A stretch of 63,172 nucleotides of DNA, filler included, from Choristocarpus tenellus KU-1152 (Eukaryota > Protista > Phaeophyceae): NCBI GenBank assembly GCA_964200185.2. It is 12 parts of 12 records of this genome, joined end to end, with 100 filler letters (N's around TTAATTAATTAA, not from the genome) between each part and the next. Parts side by side here need not be neighbours in the genome. Positions count along the whole stretch, not along the records: positions 8,738 to 13,410 come from CAXNAD020013523.1; positions 13,511 to 16,971 come from CAXNAD020019877.1; positions 17,072 to 19,779 come from CAXNAD020025434.1; positions 19,880 to 22,781 come from CAXNAD020023780.1; positions 22,882 to 33,946 come from CAXNAD020002527.1; 7 more parts are not named here. One strand, 5' to 3'. The notes under the pieces were generated by a model. That model saw only the letters and a list, made by a program, of their open reading frames with translations. It did no database searches and was not told the DNA's origin. A program made the translations under genes and the position numbers. Position 1 is the first letter of the stretch. Each line of letters starts with the position of its first letter. Positions 12,823 through 24,490 of the stretch are shown here, in pieces.

Positions 12823-13511
12823 ACTACACCCGTTTTAGAACTTTTTTTTGTTTCAAAACCGAACGGCGGCATTCTACTAATTTTTTTTTCTACTTTCATC
12901 CGAGTCCAAGAAAATGTGAAGGGACCGGTCCACCAGTCTGGGAATGGTTCCAACAATTTCCGACACGTCTGGACCGCGTTAGTACGTCAAGACCTGGAAC
13001 CTGTCCAGGTCCACAGTCCGGACTTTTTCAGGTCAAAAACACTACTTCCTAAACATGTCCAGACCAGGTCCATCTGAAGTAATACAAACCTATCCAGCCC
13101 GGGGGCCGGACCGGTCTGCTGCTCTGGGGCTGACCGGAGTTTCAATGAACTGGTCCAGTTGCTCTGTTTGGTCTCAATGAAGACTGACAGCAAAAGAAGT
13201 TGAAATGCGAAGTCCTAACCCTAACCCTAATAGAGCTTCTCTTCGTTTGTTGTCAAACATGTATGGAGGATGTGGTTTGTGGCAATTGTTCTCACCTGGA
13301 TCGTGAAAAATCAAACAAAAATTATTATTATTATTATTATTATTATTAAAACCTCCATAAGATCGCCATATTATTGGATGCTCCAATTTGACCCAAAGTA
13401 TCTGGGGGGGNNNNNNNNNNNNNNNNNNNNNNNNNNNNNNNNNNNNNNNNNNNNTTAATTAATTAANNNNNNNNNNNNNNNNNNNNNNNNNNNNNNNNNN
13501 NNNNNNNNNNC

Positions 13512-14050
13512 AGGCGATCGGTGGGAACACCCTGAGATCTCACTGATCTTGAAAATCCGTGCGTTACATTTTTCGGAAGTTGTAAATCAGATTATATCCG
13601 TGATTTCTATTTAAAAAAAATCTAATTACATCAGTGATTTGTATTTTTCAAGATACCAATCATATAATTGATTGTTATTGTACATTTCCAATATTCTGAA
13701 ATCAACTTTGTTTGATCCTCGGGCGATTTGTGGGACCACACTGAGATCCCACCGATCCTGAAAACCCATGCCTTACATTTTTTGGAAGTTGTAAATCAGA
13801 TTATATCCGTGATTTCTATTTTATAAAAATCCAATTATATCAGTGATTTGTATTCTTCAAGATACCAATCACATAATTAAATGTTATTGTACATTTCCAA
13901 TGTTCCGAAATCAACTTTGTTTGATCCTCGGGCGATCGGTGGGACCACCCTGACATCCCACCACCGATCCTGAAAATCCATGCCTTACATTTTTCGGAAT
14001 TTGTAAATCAGATAATATCCATGATTTCTATTTAAAAAAAATCCAAATAT
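13512..14050 (+). repeat. 209-bp tandem repeat, about 2.6 units, truncated by a MITE
   Basis: Units begin (a/g)ggcgat at 13512, 13721 and 13930. Homologous to the 269-bp units at 18866-19700. Confidence 0.9.
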
Positions 14051-14308
14051 GAGTCAGAGTATCTTAGGGGGTAGAGCCGCGTCCATTTTGGGGTCAAAGT
14101 TCAATGTTGCAATTTTGATGTAATTTTGGCTATTGTGTGTGCTAGGAAGTTTCAATATCGATGTTCTGGACACACCTTTTGATAACATATACATTTTACC
14201 TACTCCGAAACATTTTGGAGAAGGAAAATGTTATAAAACACCCATGGGAAGCCAAGCCCCAAATGGATAAACAGGGCAAAACTCGTACCCTCTAAGATAC
14301 TTTCACTC
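14051..14308. mobile_element. MITE family A
   Basis: GAGTCAGAGTATCTTAGGGGGTA...TACCCTCTAAGATACTTTCACTC. The flanks are not duplicated. Confidence 0.9.
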
Positions 14309-15522
14309 GAAGGTTGTGCAAAAACGGCAACCTTATTGTGGCAAAAAGTCGAACACACTACCGATGCAATACTTACCTGTAAGGCCCATATTTTTGTACA
14401 CGACGTATTTGGGTGCCGCGTTAGGTAGGTTAGGACTCAGGAAAAAAATATATAGTATTTTCTGTGTGCTGGTAACTAAACTCTGCCGTTCGATCTTCAC
14501 AAAATACGGAAGTTAGCGCATTCTATACCACATTCACCTCGATCTGGTAGCCGAAGTCCGTCGCCACCGTCTTCGCAACGAAAATGGTCGCCTCATCGCG
14601 TCCCATTGCCTTTCCCTGAGGATGGACGGCCTCAGCAAAACATCACTGCATCTCTGTTGGGACGAGGGTCTGCCCCAAGGCTTCCGGCAGGCAGGAAGGG
14701 TCTATCACGCGTTCTTGAACTAGAGGCATGGATACCTGGAGCATCATGTGCATACATGTGATAGCCCAAAAATGTGGCAGTGAAGTGGGTTAGCCATGCG
14801 ATAAGGTTACGTCACATATGTATGGGTTATTCCGGCGTTGGTTAAAGATGTTGTGGTGTACTGCAGCACGTTTTTTTTTTGTTCGTGCGGGGAAGGAGGA
14901 CATTATGACGGGACAAGGGTTAGGTGGGGAGCGATCGCGGGACACACGCGGCCTGCGGCACCGAGAAACATGTTGCTGTGGACAGGAATACCACGAGGGA
15001 TAAAAAAGATGAGCAACGAAAAGATCCACAATGGGCTGACTGACAATGAACATAGCAAGGGGAACTCTTCAACAACTTCGTATATCAGAATAGTCATCAG
15101 GCGATCATGGAACAACGAAAACACTCAACTTACTTCGGTGCTTAGTTGATCAGAACGGTGAGGCCATTATGGAACAACGAAAACACTCCATCACCCACCG
15201 TTGGCAATTAGCCTCTCTTCTGCTTCGTTGAACTCCATGTAGATCCACATGGTGAAAGCATGCTCGGGATCAAACACTCTCTTCAGCACCGTTACTCTAT
15301 GGTTTCTGTCCAATACACGCCCTTCAATGGCAAGCACAGTTTCGGCGTTGAGCTGATCCACATCACCTAAACATTCTCGCTGGATGACAACACTTGGAGC
15401 AAACTGCTCCAGCCAGCCTTTCTCCTTTATAGACTTCCTCACGCGCGCAAAGCCACGCTCGCTTAAAGGACGCACAATATCTGTGCATGTGACGTTTGTG
15501 AGTTTCATCTTATACGAGCCAA

Positions 15523-16069
15523 GAGTAAAAGTATCTTAGAGGGTACGAGTTTTGCCCCGTTTGTCCGTTTGGGGCTTGGCTTCCCACCGTTTTTTGAAGA
15601 AATTTTCCTATTCCGAAATGTAGCGGAATTGGTCAAATGTGTACGTTTTGAGTGAAAGTATCTTAGAGGGTACGAGTTTTGCCCTGTTTATCCATTTGGG
15701 ACTTGGCTTCTCTTGGGGTTTTTCATTACATTTTTCTACTCCAAAATGTTTAGGAGTAGGTAAAATGTATATGATATGAAAAGGTGTGTCCAGAACATGG
15801 ATATTTACACTTCCTAACAAACACGATAGCCAAAATTACATAAATATCGCCAAATTGGATTTTGACCCCCAAATGGACGCGGCTCTACCCTCTAAGATAC
15901 TTTGGCTCTTTTGGAGTAGGTTTCGTGTGTGAAACTATGAAAAGGCGTGTTCAGAACAAGGATATTGACACTTCCTCACAAATACGATGGCCAAAATTAT
16001 ATCAAAATCACAACATTGGATTTTGACCCCCAAATGGACGCGGTCTTACCCTCTAAGCTACATTCACTC
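15523..16069. mobile_element. MITE family A, older outer copy
   Basis: GAGTAAAAGTATCTTAGAGGGTA...TACCCTCTAAGCTACATTCACTC with CAA on both flanks. Contains a nested copy. Confidence 0.88.
15650..15908. mobile_element. MITE family A, nested inner copy
   Basis: GAGTGAAAGTATCTTAGAGGGTA...TACCCTCTAAGATACTTTGGCTC with TTTT on both flanks. Confidence 0.92.
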
Positions 16070-16211
16070 CAAGGTAGTGCTGCTCTAGGAGCTGGGACAT
16101 GCCCTGCAGAGTTAAGTCCCGTATTCTGGATCCGTGGGCATTTCAATCGGGGGGCGGGTGGGTTGTTGTTGAGGGAATGTTGGACATGGCAAAGATTGGG
16201 AGGGTGTGATG

Positions 16212-16550
16212 GGGGTGGACAAGTAAGAGGTCTGCGTGGTATCTACGGAAGGGAATGAATTGAAATGAGGACTGAGGGATGGGAGGTGCATTTTATGTCG
16301 TCTGGTCTGTCGATCCTCAAAACTCAGATTTTACAATTTTTATGAGAATTGTGTTGCAAAAATACGAATATCAAACAGCATACGATTTCATATTGAACTG
16401 GGACAGAGAGTATCTGTATTTTTGTGACCTTTTCCTTTCGTACGCTTCAAACATATTAGATAAATGAAGGATGTGGTTTGTATCTGTATTTGTTGGTGTA
16501 AAGATTAGAATATCATTCTACTTTTGGAAAAACCCTAACGCAGGTGTTCT
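16212..16550 (-). repeat. Diverged inverted copy of 19440-19779
   Basis: For example, gggaatgaattgaaatgaggactgagggatgggaggtgc is the reverse-complement homologue of gcacctcccagccctcactcctcatttccattccttccc. Confidence 0.85.
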
Positions 16551-17897
16551 GAGTGTTCAACGGTAAACAAGATTAGCGGTAACGGTGAATAACATAGATC
16601 CGTTTTTTATGTTATCTAGTGTTTATTTAAACCCTAAAGACGCCAAAAAGCGGATTTAGGGTTTTTTAAATAGTGGGTACCAGTTGGAATGACTTTTTAG
16701 GTTTTTTGAAAATTGGAAACGTGTGAGACCCATAAAGTGCGTTTTTCGTATCTTAAAAAACCCTAAGAACGGTTTTTAGTGGATTTAGTATAAAAAAAAC
16801 CCTAACGCACATGTAAAGTGGATCTAGAGTTATTCGTGATTAGTGGTAATCACTCTTAACTAAAGAATCACTTCTAACGTTTATGACAATCGCTATATCC
16901 GATTCGGTTGTTTTTTGACGTTTTGGTTACTGTAAATTGGAAACATTCAAGATAAATTAAGTATGTGATTGNNNNNNNNNNNNNNNNNNNNNNNNNNNNN
17001 NNNNNNNNNNNNNNNTTAATTAATTAANNNNNNNNNNNNNNNNNNNNNNNNNNNNNNNNNNNNNNNNNNNNCTTTGCATGCTGACTTGCCTTTAAAGTAT
17101 GTATGTATATCCTCTACCACCGCATAGTCGGGTGCTTTAAGCTCCTCCACCTTTCGTTCCCCTCCTACCACGCACATGCAGTCGCTTTTTTAAGTACAAC
17201 AAGCCGCTGAGCGTGTCGGGGAGATAGATGATGAAAGCGATCACACAAAATAAAATAAATTACATCGATGTGTGGCGTCTTGGGGGACTCCACTGCTACG
17301 ACAACACGACAACACTGCTCACAAGTACTAGCAGCTAACACTTCAAAATCCTACTAGTATCAGATGTTTTGGCAATTGAATGCATACTTTTGCATCCATA
17401 ATTCATTTGTACCTAATATATTTTATGAAGGACCACCAACCCGTATTGAAGGAGGCTCAAAATCATGAATGGAAACAAAGGACTATGACTGCCATGCAAC
17501 CAAAACCCCCTTCTACTATGTATCGCAACAACAACATGCTGCTTGGAACGCTCTGAAAACATCGTGATGGATTAAACTAAGCACATGTTGTCGCCGCCAT
17601 CACCCGCGGCAGTTATTACTATCCGCCACAACAAATGTGTGTACTCGGCTCTCAATACACGCAGCTCATTCTCCAAGAGGCCTACGAGGTATACTTTCCT
17701 TACACGAATATCTGCCACATACTTGCTAACCCAGCGTCTCTACATTTCTCTAGCACCGTGATGGGGTCGAAAGTGTGCAGCTGTAAACCTAACCCGCGTG
17801 TTTGGCTCCAGCGTTTGCGTTGGAGTCAAAGGTCTCTTCTGTGCCGCCATACTGCTCCGTCTTGTATTCGCTTCAAGGACTGGACCTTCCACGGCCG

Positions 17898-18846
17898 TCA
17901 GCAAGGGCACCCCGTACATGCACCTGCACCGGCAGACGCCCCCCTCCCCTCCCTCGTACCAAGGTTCTCCTTATCTTCATCATCCTCGTCGTCCTCATCC
18001 TCCTTCTGCTGCTCCTCGTCCTCATCCTCCTCTTCATCCTCCTCCTCATCCTCCTCCTTGTCATCATTGGTGTTGTCCTCCTTTTCGTCCCCATTCTCCC
18101 CCCCCTTCTCCTCTCCTCGTCCCTTGAATTTAGTCTTCCGTCCTTCTCCCACAAAACCCCCCCTTTCCCTCGCCTCGATAGCAGACCGTAGAACTGTCAA
18201 GATCTTGGTAGGAATCTTTTTGCCGTTCCCAACAAGTTTGTCTCACGCTGAAACAATACCAGGTACAAATAACACTGTGTACATTCATCAAACCTACCTC
18301 TCCATGCCGGAGGATGCTCTTGCGTTAGGTGGACCTTTGCAAGCGTCAATGACATGATTGGATATTCCGAACGATGTCTTGAAAAACTGCGTACAAACAG
18401 GAATGCCGGTCACGAGCATAGATCCGCCTCCAGGCCCCAACTTAATGACAGGTACACGGTCACCAACGAAGTGCTTGCGATCACGGCGGTTCTCACACGC
18501 CCGGATGATGTCCTGCTCTTTGGCAAATGTGCGGGCAAGGAAGGACTTGCTATCTGCCACGAACTTCTTCACACAGACTATGCACTTGCAGCAGTCACCC
18601 TGTTTGTTGACCGGGATGGGTTGAGCCCATTCTCGGCGAAGCTTGGCACCGGTCGCGGAAGCATCATTGGCAGAAAGCTCCAGCGCATCATTGTTGGCGG
18701 GCTGATGAGGGGGCAACACAGGGGGCGGTGCAGGCGACAAAAGCCACCTCCTTGCTGTGGGAGCAACTGTCATGGTGTTTTGTGGCAACAGGTGGTCTTG
18801 GGCAGTGAAAAGGTCTAGGAGTGAATTGAATTCGAAGCCGGGCATA
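17898..18846 (-). pseudogene. Putative Sola-like transposase N-terminal fragment followed by an acidic low-complexity segment
   Basis: CCKCIVCVKKF...GIPVCTQFFKTSFGISNHVI resembles the C-x-C..C..F / VC..FF....GIS motif I recall from Sola-type transposases. Probable 50-bp intron at 18297-18248. No catalytic DDD domain is visible. Confidence 0.4.
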
Positions 18847-18865
18847 TGAACAATGTTTGAGCTTA

Positions 18866-19700
18866 GGGCGATCCGTGGCACCACCCTGAGATCCATGATC
18901 AGGAAAATATGTGCATTAGGGTTATTAGAAATTGTAAATCTGATTATATCCGAAATTTCAATATATAAAAATACAGAGCACATACTTAATTGATCTTGTA
19001 CGTTTCAAATGTTCCGAAACCAAAGGTAAAAAAAAAATGACACCCTCTAATTGTTTTAAATACGAAATCATATATTGTTCGACATTTGTATTTTTAAAGA
19101 TACAAATTTCGACAAAAAGCGGTTTTTGAGTTTCGGGCGATCCATCGGACCACCCGAAACCCTTGAAGCGCCAAATCACGTGTATTAGGGTTTTTAGAAA
19201 TAGTAAATCCGATTGTATCCGTTCTTACAATTTAAAAAAATATAAAGCACGTACTTTATTGGTCTCATACGTTTCCAATGTTCCGAACCTAAAAGGTCAC
19301 TTTCAACTCGTACCCTACAATTTTTTTAAATACCAATCCGCTTTTTGTCCACATTTGTATTTTTTAAAATACAAATGTCGACAAAAAGCGGTTTTTGAGT
19401 TTGGGGCGATCCGTTGGACCACCCGAAACCCTTGAACCGCCAAAACATGTGCATTAGGGTTTATGAAATAAAAAAATATTCTATTCTTCATATCAACAAG
19501 TAAAAATACAAATCACATACTTCATTGATCTAATACGTTTGAAACGTACCGAAACGATAAGGTCACAAAAAACTGATACTCTCTATCTGCTATAAATATG
19601 AAATCGTACACTGTTCGATATTCGTATTTTTTATAACACAATTATCAACGGAAAGAGAAATCTAAGTTCTTTGGGGACCGACCGACCAGATGAAATAAAG
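18866..19700 (+). repeat. 269-bp tandem repeat, about 3 units
   Basis: gggcgatcc starts at 18866, 19135 and 19404. Confidence 0.9.
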
Positions 19701-20197
19701 CAGCACCTCCCAGCCCTCACTCCTCATTTCCATTCCTTCCCTTCCGCACATACCACCAGCAGCTCTTACTTATCTATCCNNNNNNNNNNNNNNNNNNNNN
19801 NNNNNNNNNNNNNNNNNNNNNNNTTAATTAATTAANNNNNNNNNNNNNNNNNNNNNNNNNNNNNNNNNNNNNNNNNNNNCCGCCCCCCCCAAAAAACTCA
19901 TCCTCTCAATCTATCCTTTACACAAAACTTACTCCAAGCAAGGATCTCTCAGTGTCTCAACAACTTGGTTGAAGATGGAATACCCACCCCCCCGGGGCTC
20001 CTTGCACCAAACACCTTGCCCCATTAAATGCCACCCCATCTACTTAGGAATTGTCACAGCAAAGCTTCAAGCACAAACACTGAAACTAACCCATCCACAC
20101 TCACACAAAATCACCATTACACACCATTTGGTACATATATATAAGCCACCACCGTGGGTGAAACAAGTCGCATCACCCCCGAAAGGGAGTGCAACAC

Positions 20198-20622
20198 CTC
20201 TACAAAGGCATCAGCTGGACGACCGGCTGCTCTGGGGTAGTCTTGACCTACACGGATCTGATCAAAAGGCAGGCAGGTATAGAAAGGAAGTCGAGACATG
20301 AGGGCAGAAAATTCCAACACAAACGCATGGGCCAGGCATACACCACAACACACTCCTCACCTTTTTTTCCTGAACAGCTTCTTTTTTGCATTGGGCGTAT
20401 GATAGATGGCAGGAAAATATCAACTCTACCCACTCCCTTTACGCTTTGCACCTTATGAAGAACCATGCATCCTCAGCCTTCCATTTCATTTGTCTCAAAA
20501 CAAACTATATGCTCTGCATGCACTGAAATATTCCTCTCCTCTTTTTTTCACCCTTACATCTCACATGGAAAACTCCGAAGGCATCCCCATTGCAGAATTC
20601 CTCTGGGGTAAGATATGCCCAG
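20198..20622 (-). CDS. Two small exons (20622-20565, 20257-20198) of an unidentified gene, possibly RRM-like
   Basis: CAG/GT boundaries in compatible phase give WAYLTPEEFCNGDAFGVFH-IRVGQDYPRAAGRPADAFVE. GRP..AFVE recalls hnRNP F/H qRRMs. Confidence 0.35.
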
Positions 20623-23600
20623 CTGTTGTCAGTTACCCCCCCCCCCCAAGACAAAGAGAGCGACAAAAAAAAAGAAGCAAAACCGACCCACAAATGCCAC
20701 ATCAAACATCGAAACCCCAACCAGAACCCATCCACAACAGGCATACAGGTATCGTACCCACAAGCAAGTCCAGCAGAGGCATATTTTCCAAAAAAAAAAC
20801 AAAAAGCACAAGCACAGAGCGAGGGCAGCCAAAGATGGAAGGCGTGTTGAATAGGGCTAGTTTCATGTGGGGGGAGGGGAGGGAGCAGATAACAATACCA
20901 TAAACGCTACAGATAATAATTCAGGGCAACGTTGATCTTGTTAGTTGACTGAAGTGCTGAGTTCAAACCTGTGATTGTGCAATTTTTTTTTGATCTGCTG
21001 CAAGGTGTACTGTACTCATTACAATTTAAGATGAACATACTGGGAAAACAAAGAAACGAAATGACCCCACCAGTGTGATAGTAACAACACTGCACTACTA
21101 GCAATTACTAAAAATACACAGGGATGGACCATGGACTCCAAAAGGTTAAACATAGGTAGTCCCTAGTCTCTCCTGGCTCTTGAAACAAAAACAGACAGGA
21201 AAGAAGCCCGTCAAAAACCCCACATTCTATTGAGTCTAAAAAGTGAGTTTTAAGGCGCTGAAATTAAAAAAAAAACTCTCTGTTGTGAAGAAGAAAAAAC
21301 CTCAACAGTCAAAACAGACAAGGTATAAAATTTACTCCTACATTCATAATTCAGTGTACAACACCAAGCAGCAAGCAGCACGTCACAGATGCCATGAATG
21401 CAAAAAATGTATTGCTCTACTTTGCATAATGAACAGCAGTGGGCAGCACACATCACTGGCTGTGCTTTTTGAAGCACTCCCTCCCTCCCTCCCTCCCTCC
21501 CCCTCTCTCTCGACAAACACAGTGCTACCAATACCTTGTTGCGGACAAACAGTAAAATTGTTTTCGGTGCATAATCTACTACCAAACAAAACAATCACGG
21601 AGACCTGGACAGAAAAAAAGTCCATACACATCTGTTCCTCCAAGAAAAAGCAGCACATTTTATTACTTTTCCAGGTCAAGAGTATAGTAGGTCTACTCTG
21701 CAGAAAATCAATGGCAGTACCAAAAGGAGATACGCTACAAATATGAGCAGCTGAAGATACGCAACACATGCACAAAATTGACAAAAAACACACCATTAGC
21801 AAGTTTTTTTAAAAGGCAAAAAGGCACATATCTGGCTTTACACGAGCATTTGGCAGAATGCATCAGAGGAAACTGAAACTGCAGACAAGCAGCATGAGGA
21901 TGCATTCGGGCAAGGAAACATGGATATTGGTGAAAGAAAAAAGAGAGCCAAAAGTTCTCTCTATGCAGCTATATATGTATGTATGTACTTCGAGAAGGAA
22001 TTATTTCCTTGTCCAACGAAGGTGTCAGCATCTCCTCCAGGATGTGAACGAGTCAATTCTCAATCGTGAGGCGTTCCTGGAAAGGTTCTCCAAAACTGTC
22101 AACTTCATGGTCTCTGAGTGTGTGTATGTTTATGTGTGGAGAAAAACAACACAACCAATGAGTAAACAAAAAAGGAAAAGAGAGATCTTTGTAAAACACC
22201 AAGTTATGACTGTCAAGACAAAACCCGGGATCAAATTAAGACACACACACACACACACGTGCTTGCAAGAGGGGGCTGCAATAACTGGATGGGTAAAGAA
22301 ATAAAGCACAAAGAACATCCCCCACGGAGGCTTCCTTTCCTGCCTTCAAACAGCAGACAGTGGGTGCCCCCCCCTCAAAAAACGCACAACGGGAGCAACA
22401 ACCCATGCCCTCCTCCCTGAGATGAGTTGATGCCAAGGTAAGAATAGATTCATATTTGTAACCAGCAAAACATCATTAATACTTAGCAACAATGATAAGA
22501 TTCATGGAGGTATAATACAATGCATGAAAATCAGCACTTCAACCCCAACTACTACATGAGGATGATATAAGACCCAAAACCTTTTACATTTCACATGTAC
22601 CACTAAAATAGGTTGTCATTTCCACACCTATCTTCCTGCACCATCACCGTCACCATACCATCACCTTCCTGTACATATTGTGAGACCACCAATATAAAAC
22701 CTCACCCCCACTTACATCCCCCCCCCCCTCTCTGTCATTCCAATAATTTTTTTTGTTTACTCCCATCTTCATTCGTAAATGNNNNNNNNNNNNNNNNNNN
22801 NNNNNNNNNNNNNNNNNNNNNNNNNTTAATTAATTAANNNNNNNNNNNNNNNNNNNNNNNNNNNNNNNNNNNNNNNNNNNNGGGGTTGGGTGGGGGGGGG
22901 GGTGGGCGGGGGGGGGGGGCGGGGTGGTGGGGGGGGGGGGGGGGGGGGGGGGATGTGAAGGCACCAACTAAGAACTCGGAGGTCTATGAATCAGTATGGC
23001 GTTGTGAGAGTTTACCACCAGCGGTATAATGATTTTTGACATGCACTGTATGTGGTTTCTTGCTCTGTTACAGTGTACAGTCAAGACCCTACTTTTGCCA
23101 CTGGTGGTGTCTTGTATGAGCATGGATCTGAGGTTGAGGGTGGTTTGGTAAGGGCTAGGAGGTGAATTATAGGGATTATGCAGTAGGTGTTGGAATGTCT
23201 AATTTATGACTCTGATGTTTACTTGTGGCAGTCCACGTGTGATAAGCAAATTCTGGGTTTTGGTGAGCATCCTTCCTTTCTGCTCTGAAATATTTTTTAT
23301 TTTTATCTTTACGTTGAAGTAATCATTCTCGGTAGACTATCAAAGTAGTTAGTTACTGTTTAGGTTTTAGAACTCTATTGAGCTTCCGATTCACTCCCTT
23401 ACGAGGTGAGAGTGTGACAAACATTGCTGATGTTACGCCTTCAAAGTTTTAGGTTATGTGTCCGAGTACTGCCTGTACTGGAGTATTTTGCTTGGCCATA
23501 TAAGAGTACCAATTTGTACATATTGTGATTATACCTCATTACTTGCAGGTGACTATGTCTTTTTCTCCATTGTCTTTGAAGCGTGTAACATGACAGGATT

Positions 23601-24490
23601 GTTGAGTCAACAGATAGTGTACCCAGGGAGGACCTGCTTGAAGTAGTGACATCAGTTTGGGATTAGGGTTAGGGTTAGGGTTAGTGTTTATGGCTGAAAT
23701 AGCATGTAAACCCAGTTTTGTCACGCCAAAATGATCTCACCAGAGCTATGTTTGACTTTCTTGTATGCATGTTCTGATGAAGCACTGAGGGATTTTTCTT
23801 GTTAGTGGTGACATGGAAGCCGATGTAATTTACAAGGAAATTTCTTTATGAATAAAGACAGAAGACAGCACACCGCCTTCAGGACAAATTTATGCTATAC
23901 TTTTTTATTTTAACCCCATCTAGGTATGCAATATCCCCCCCAGTCAACAAGATGATGAAAAGTTGAACCCTTAGAGAGAGGTTTAATGAAAAGATTTCAA
24001 TATGGGAAACTCAGGACGTTGATGTGGGAACAGTGTAAGCATACTGTTCATTTTGTTTCCTTCAAACTATCAAACAATACTTCTTTTAGAGGTTGACTTC
24101 TTTCTCAAAAGTTTTTTTTTATTATGTTAGCTGGCCCCCTCTGATCACCGATCGCACTGTGTAATTGCGTATGTAACTGTAACACTCAAATAGTCTTGGT
24201 GATGAAATGTAAAGCAGGACTCAATATACATGTTCAGTCTGCAGTCGACTAGAACTCTCAAAAGGGGCTATGAGGGGTTTTGATACATGACATAACTTGC
24301 AGCTGAACTTTGTTTTGGGGTTATTATACAGAGATTCCCCCTTTTTTGTTACTTGTGGCACAGTGTTGATATAGCATGTATGGTACCACCTAGAGGTACC
24401 TGTACCTTTTTCTGTCATAAGTCCTTGTGTACATTGTGTTGTCAAAACCTGCTCATATCTCCCCTCTCTCTTTCTCCCATCTATTGTCAG

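Larger units (their letters stand above)
14538..16103 (-). pseudogene. Spliced ParB/Sulfiredoxin-like domain pseudogene disrupted by nested MITEs
   Basis: Removing 15523-16069 and one TSD copy restores an exon (16103-15199): MSQLLEQHYLGSYKMKLTNVTCTDIVRPLSERGFARVRKSIKEKGWLEQFAPSVVI...RVLDRNHRVTVLKRV. CAG acceptor and GT donor. A probable downstream exon (14735-14538) has an in-frame TGA. Confidence 0.65.

Noticed and set aside
12468-13052. 194-aa ORF with a hydrophobic stretch
   Set aside because: Made of (ATT)n, (CA)n and CCCTAA microsatellites.
17635-18357. 240-aa plus-strand Ser-rich ORF and overlapping ORFs
   Set aside because: Shadow frames of a low-complexity acidic segment on the minus strand.
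22882-22952. Long poly-G/poly-C tracts (also 8776, 27093, 34095, 49028) as G-quadruplex elements
   Set aside because: Simple homopolymers, often at contig ends where length is unreliable. No functional evidence.
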